64,000 nucleotides of DNA, taken from Planctomycetota bacterium (GTDB taxonomy: Bacteria > Planctomycetota > B15-G4). Position 1 is the first letter of the stretch, and each line of letters opens with the position of its first letter. The DNA lies in assembly GCA_038212275.1 (NCBI GenBank), contig JBBQUR010000015.1:32001-96000 (forward strand), read 5' to 3'. The translations under genes were made by a program, and so were the position numbers. Below, in pieces: positions 59,746 through 64,000 of this stretch. The notes below the pieces were generated by a model that was not told where the DNA came from, searched no databases, and saw nothing but the letters and a program-made list of their open reading frames with translations.

Positions 59746-59914
59746 CGTTCCCCGCGGTGGCGCGACCGGAGTAACCTAACATCAGGCTCGACCCGAGTAC
59801 GCCATCCGCCACGGTGCACGCCGCCTGCGACGCGCGGGCCGGGCGTGCGCCTGCAGCTGGCCGCGGCGCACGGCGGCCGCGCTAGACTCGGGGCCCGCGC
59901 CCTCGGAGTTCGCG

Positions 59915-61510
59915 ATGCAGACCCCACGCCGCCTGCGACGACAGCGTGGGAGCGCATGGCCGTCGCGCCGACGCGCCACGCTGCTCGCCGTGCTGGGCGC
60001 GGCGGTGCTTGCGGCGTGCGGCGGTGAAGCAGCCTCGTCTCCGCCCGCACCGGCGGCCGCGTCGACGCAGGCACCACACGCCGCGACCGCGGCGTACGCG
60101 CCGTCGTCACGGGCGCCGCGCGAGGTGGCCAACGTGCTCCTCGTGAGCATCGACACGCTGCGCGCGGACTCGCTGGAGTGCTACGGCTACGACCGACAGA
60201 CAGCACCGCACCTGGCTGGGCTGGCCGCGCAGGGCGCGCTGTTCGAGCAGGCCATCGCGACGTCCGACTGGACGCTGCCCGCGCACTGCTCGCTGTTCAC
60301 CGGCCTGTACCCGTCCACGCATCGAGTCGAGACGCAGGACGACACGCTGGACGAAGCGCGCGGCACGCTGGGCCAGGACCTGCTGGCCAGGGGCTACCGC
60401 ACCGAGGGCTATGTGACCAACCCCTTCCTCGACGCGCGCTTCGGCTACGCGCGCGGCATGCAGGTCTGGGCGCACCCCACGGTGCGGACAATCGAGCCGG
60501 CCGGCACGCTCGCGGGCGCGCGGGCCGGCTTCCGCACCAGCCACCCGCGCATTCGCGCCAGGGACTACTGGTTCGACCAGACCAGCGCGTGGGTCGCGGA
60601 CCGAGGCATCGACTTCCTGCGGCAGTCCGGCCACGCCGCGCCGTTCTTCCTCTTCCTGCATTTCAACGACGTGCACGCGGACTACATCCCGCCCGCGCCG
60701 TACGACGAGATGTTCGACCCGGGCTGGAACGGCGACCTGGTCACGGAGGACTATCCGCGCAACGCCGCGATTCACGCCGGCATGGATTCACGCGACCTGG
60801 CGCACGTGAAGGCGCTGTACGACGGCGAAATCCGCAGCGTGGACGAGCACCTCGGCCGCGTGCTCGCCGCTCTCGACGCGCTGGACCTCGCACGCGACAC
60901 GCTGGTGATGGTCACCGCGGATCACGGCGAGGGATTCTTCGAACACGGCGAGAAGGAGCACCGCAAGGGACTGTTCCGCGAGCTGGTGCACGTGCCGTGG
61001 GTCGTGCGCTACCCGGGCCGCGTGCGGGCCGGCCAGCGTGTCACGTCGCTCGCCAGCCAGGCCGACGTCGCACCCACGCTGCTCGGACTGCTCGGCGCGG
61101 ACGGCCTGCCTGACGCGGAAGGCGTGGACTGGTCCGCCGTGCTGCGCGACGGCGCGGCGCCACCCGTGCGCGTCGGCGTCCGCAGTCAGTGCCTCATCAG
61201 TCCCGAGGGTGGCCAGCCCGCTGCCGCGTGCTTCTCGCTGCGCACGCCGTCCTTTACCGTGCTCACGCACTGGCGCGACGGCGCGTCGCAGCCCGTGACG
61301 CAGGTCTTCGACTGCCGCGCGGATCCGCAAGAGCTAACGCCGCTGGCCGACACCGACCCGGCCTGCGCGGACGCACGGGCACGGCTGGCGAGCGTGCGCG
61401 ACGAGGCCGCGCAGCGCAGCCGCGCCCTGCCCCATGTCGGGACGCAACCGCCGGCCGATGATGACGCAGCGCTGCTCGAACGCATGCGGGCCATGGGCTA
61501 CATCCGCTAG
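59915..61510 (+). CDS. Sulfatase/alkaline-phosphatase-superfamily lipoprotein (Thr at the nucleophile position)
   Basis: Lipobox LAAC; VSIDTLRAD, DWTLPAH.SLFTG, TADHGE.F.EHG, MRAMGYI. Confidence 0.88.
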   Translation: MQTPRRLRRQRGSAWPSRRRATLLAVLGAAVLAACGGEAASSPPAPAAASTQAPHAATAAYAPSSRAPREVANVLLVSIDTLRADSLECYGYDRQTAPHLAGLAAQGALFEQAIATSDWTLPAHCSLFTGLYPSTHRVETQDDTLDEARGTLGQDLLARGYRTEGYVTNPFLDARFGYARGMQVWAHPTVRTIEPAGTLAGARAGFRTSHPRIRARDYWFDQTSAWVADRGIDFLRQSGHAAPFFLFLHFNDVHADYIPPAPYDEMFDPGWNGDLVTEDYPRNAAIHAGMDSRDLAHVKALYDGEIRSVDEHLGRVLAALDALDLARDTLVMVTADHGEGFFEHGEKEHRKGLFRELVHVPWVVRYPGRVRAGQRVTSLASQADVAPTLLGLLGADGLPDAEGVDWSAVLRDGAAPPVRVGVRSQCLISPEGGQPAAACFSLRTPSFTVLTHWRDGASQPVTQVFDCRADPQELTPLADTDPACADARARLASVRDEAAQRSRALPHVGTQPPADDDAALLERMRAMGYIR

Positions 61511-61535
61511 CTTGCGGCGCGAGGCGCGCGGCGCG

Positions 61536-62696
61536 TCAGCGCGGCGCGACCGGGTCGACGGGCGGCGCGTCGCCGAGCAGTTCCCCGAGCACGCGCGCAA
61601 CGCGACCCATCGCGTTTGCGTCCGCGAGATGGCCCTCGCGATCGAGGACGAAGGTCGCGGGCGCGTCGTCCAGGCCCCACTCGAGCGCGATCGGGCTGTC
61701 GAGACCCGCGCCCGGGCAATCCTGCGGCCAGTCCACGTGCCAGTCCACAAGCCGCTGGCGCAACGCCTGCTGCCCGGCATCGTCCGCGCACGCGTCAAGG
61801 TTCACGCCGACGAAGACTTCGCCGCGCGGCCCCGCCTTGGCGCTCAGCGCCGACAGCTCGGCCAACTCGTCACGACTCGTCGCCATGTCCGAGCGCCAGA
61901 AGTGGACGACCACGATCCGGCCGCGCCACGCCGCCACGTCCACGGGCCGGCCCGTGCGCAGATCGTCGAAGGCCAGTTCGAACGGCGCCCCGCGCTGCTC
62001 GATGCGCCGCACCTTGCCGGGGATGAAGCGGGCGCGCGCGAAGCCCGGGTAGTCATCAAGCACCTCGCGGTACAGCGCGAGCGCGTGCTCGGGTTGATGC
62101 CACGCGCCAGCCGCCAGCAGCATGAGCATGCGCGCCCCCTTCATGTTCGATGGGTCGTGCCGCCGGAAGGTCTCCACCGCCGCCTCGATCGCGGCGCGAT
62201 CTCCGCCGGCCACCGTGGCCTGCACGCGCCAGTACCAGGCCTGCGCCACCAGCTCCGGCGACGGCTGCGTGCGAAGCACCTGCGCCATCTCCTCCTCCGC
62301 ACGCGCGCGGTCCGTCACGAGCAGCAGGTGCCAGCGCTGCGGCATGAGCGTCGCGAGTTGCGGATGCGAGGGCTGCGCGCGGAACAGCTCCAGCGCGAGC
62401 CCGGCGCGACGTTGCTGCAGCGCCTGCCGCGCCGCTTCGCCGGCACCATTTTCGGGCTTCGAAGCCGACGGTGACGACGCCTCCAGCTGCACAAGGTCCG
62501 CGAGGATGGCAGACACGTCGCGGCTGGGAGGCGGCAGGTCACCCGCCGGCGACGCGGCCGGAACGCCGGGCGCGGGACGCGCCGACTGCTCAAGCGGCGC
62601 CGACTGCGCGGCGGCCGACGCGATGAGCAGCGCGACGAGCGTGACAGCCGGCAGCAACACGGTGCATGCCCGCAGCACGCGCGGTGGATGCTTCAT
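61536..62696 (-). CDS. Secreted helical-repeat protein with TlpA/redoxin-like domain lacking CxxC
   Basis: Signal peptide; G.PFEL.F.DL.TG..VD...WRG.IVVVHFWRSDMATSR; FVGVNLD; P.TFVLDREG. Confidence 0.75.
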   Translation of the reverse strand: MKHPPRVLRACTVLLPAVTLVALLIASAAAQSAPLEQSARPAPGVPAASPAGDLPPPSRDVSAILADLVQLEASSPSASKPENGAGEAARQALQQRRAGLALELFRAQPSHPQLATLMPQRWHLLLVTDRARAEEEMAQVLRTQPSPELVAQAWYWRVQATVAGGDRAAIEAAVETFRRHDPSNMKGARMLMLLAAGAWHQPEHALALYREVLDDYPGFARARFIPGKVRRIEQRGAPFELAFDDLRTGRPVDVAAWRGRIVVVHFWRSDMATSRDELAELSALSAKAGPRGEVFVGVNLDACADDAGQQALRQRLVDWHVDWPQDCPGAGLDSPIALEWGLDDAPATFVLDREGHLADANAMGRVARVLGELLGDAPPVDPVAPR

Positions 62697-63742
62697 CGGG
62701 GCGCCTCTTCCCCGCTGGACACTGTTCGCCGCGTCGCCAGCGACTGGTCGCGATCCAGCACGAGCACGACCTTGCCCATCGTGCGACGCGCCTGCAGCGC
62801 CGCATGCGCCTGCGCTGCCTGCTCGAAGGGAAAGCGCGCGCCGATAACGGGGCGCAGCTCGTGCGCCGCGCAGAACGCGACCAGCTCGTCCCACTCGCGG
62901 CGACGCGTGTGTGCGGCGAGCGCGTCCAGGTCCAGGCCGCCCACGCTGATCGAGCGGTGCAGCAGCGTGAGCGGGTGCAGCGGTGCAAGACGCGCCCCGT
63001 GATCCGAGCCGATGGAGCTGAAACCCACGAGAACCATGCGCCCGAGCGGCGCGAGCACATCGAGGCTGCGCTGCGCGACCTCGCCCCCGACGGACTCCAC
63101 GCAGACGTCCGCGCCGCGCCCGCCGGTGAGCCGCCGCACCACGGGACCGAAGTCCTCGCGCGAGGTGTCCACGCAGGCCGTCGCGCCGAGCGCGAGGACG
63201 TGCGCGCACTTGGCCGCGAAGCCGGCGGCGCCGATGACCGGATCGCAGCCGAGCGCGCGCCCGAGCTGCACCGTCGCGCTGCCGACGCCGCCCGCGGCCG
63301 CTTGCACGAGCAGCGCCTCGCCCGGCCGCACGCGCGCCAACTCGTGCAGCGCGTACCACGCCGTGAGGAAGCACGCCGCGAAGGCCGCCGCCTCCGTGAA
63401 GTCCAAGCCGGGCGGTGGCGACAGGAGCTGCTCTTCGCGCGCCGCGATGGTCTCCGCGTAGCAGCCGTCCTCGAAGCGCACGACGATCACCGGGTCGCCG
63501 ACGGCAAAGCGCGTCGCGCGCGCGCCACGCGCCGCGACCACGCCCGAGGCCTCCTTGCCCGGCACCTGCGGCAGCACCTGGTCGCGCCGGTAGTGACCGC
63601 GGCACAGCACGATGTCGGCGAAGTTCACGCCGATCGCGCGCGTCTGCACGAGGTAGCCGTCGGGCGGGCACTCCGGCTCCGGAGCGTCCACGAGAAGCAG
63701 CGTCTCCGGCCCGCCGAACGTGTCCTGCCGATACGTGCGCAT
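62693..63742 (-). CDS. NADPH:quinone oxidoreductase (MDR/zeta-crystallin family)
   Basis: GVNFAD, PG.EASG, AAAGGVG, GKVVL. Confidence 0.92.
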   Translation of the reverse strand: MRTYRQDTFGGPETLLLVDAPEPECPPDGYLVQTRAIGVNFADIVLCRGHYRRDQVLPQVPGKEASGVVAARGARATRFAVGDPVIVVRFEDGCYAETIAAREEQLLSPPPGLDFTEAAAFAACFLTAWYALHELARVRPGEALLVQAAAGGVGSATVQLGRALGCDPVIGAAGFAAKCAHVLALGATACVDTSREDFGPVVRRLTGGRGADVCVESVGGEVAQRSLDVLAPLGRMVLVGFSSIGSDHGARLAPLHPLTLLHRSISVGGLDLDALAAHTRRREWDELVAFCAAHELRPVIGARFPFEQAAQAHAALQARRTMGKVVLVLDRDQSLATRRTVSSGEEAPR

Positions 63743-63765
63743 GGCTCTCCGCCGCGGGCTTCCGC

Positions 63766-64000
63766 TCAGGGACTGCCGGTGCAGCGGAACAGCGCGCTGG
63801 CCGTGGTGAAACCCGCGCCAAAGACGGTGACGAGCACGAGCTCTCCGGCCCGCAGCGGCAACTCCTCGGACTTGCGGATGAGCGTGGCCGGAGCGCCGGC
63901 CGCACCGCGATTGCCGTAGAGCTGCACCGTGTGCCAGTGCCGCTCGCTCGGAATCCCCAGCTCCTCGGCCACCTGCTCCAGCAAGCGGAGGTTGGCCTGA
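63766..64000 (-). CDS. fabH: 3-oxoacyl-ACP synthase III family, C-terminal part (runs off the window)
   Basis: QANLRLL, YGN, FGAGFT motifs. Confidence 0.8.
   Translation of the reverse strand, partial: QANLRLLEQVAEELGIPSERHWHTVQLYGNRGAAGAPATLIRKSEELPLRAGELVLVTVFGAGFTTASALFRCTGSP

Noticed and set aside
61536..63905. 789-aa ORF as one protein
   Set aside because: Its 5' part is an off-frame overlap of the quinone oxidoreductase; the real start is 62696.

Overview
High-GC bacterial DNA. The gene content (FG-GAP proteins, carboxypeptidase-regulatory-like repeat proteins, many sulfatase-fold lipoproteins) suggests an uncultured Planctomycetota-like lineage; this is inference. In order, the window holds: (1) glnA plus an aberrant P-II protein; (2) about 30 kb of secreted and envelope proteins, four of which end in the same ~120-aa C-terminal domain, with a fifth degraded copy at 55.3 kb, a candidate surface-sorting/anchoring domain; (3) a tandem pair of unknown CxxC/TPR-like secreted paralogs plus the relic of a third; (4) an ~17.6-kb aryl-polyene/xanthomonadin-like type II PKS cluster (35383-52981) with two KS/CLF-type pairs, two flavin-dependent halogenase-family enzymes and an O-methyltransferase, but no visible starter-unit ligase; (5) three mosaic zones of gene fragments (IS481/arylsulfatase; SNF2/radical SAM/GH2; DUF4823-like/TA/AbiE), two of which flank the PKS cluster; (6) an esterase, MBOAT, sulfatase-fold protein, Cys-less TlpA-like protein, quinone oxidoreductase and a partial FabH. 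No rRNA, tRNA or CRISPR array was seen. Family calls come from motif recognition by eye, not database searches.
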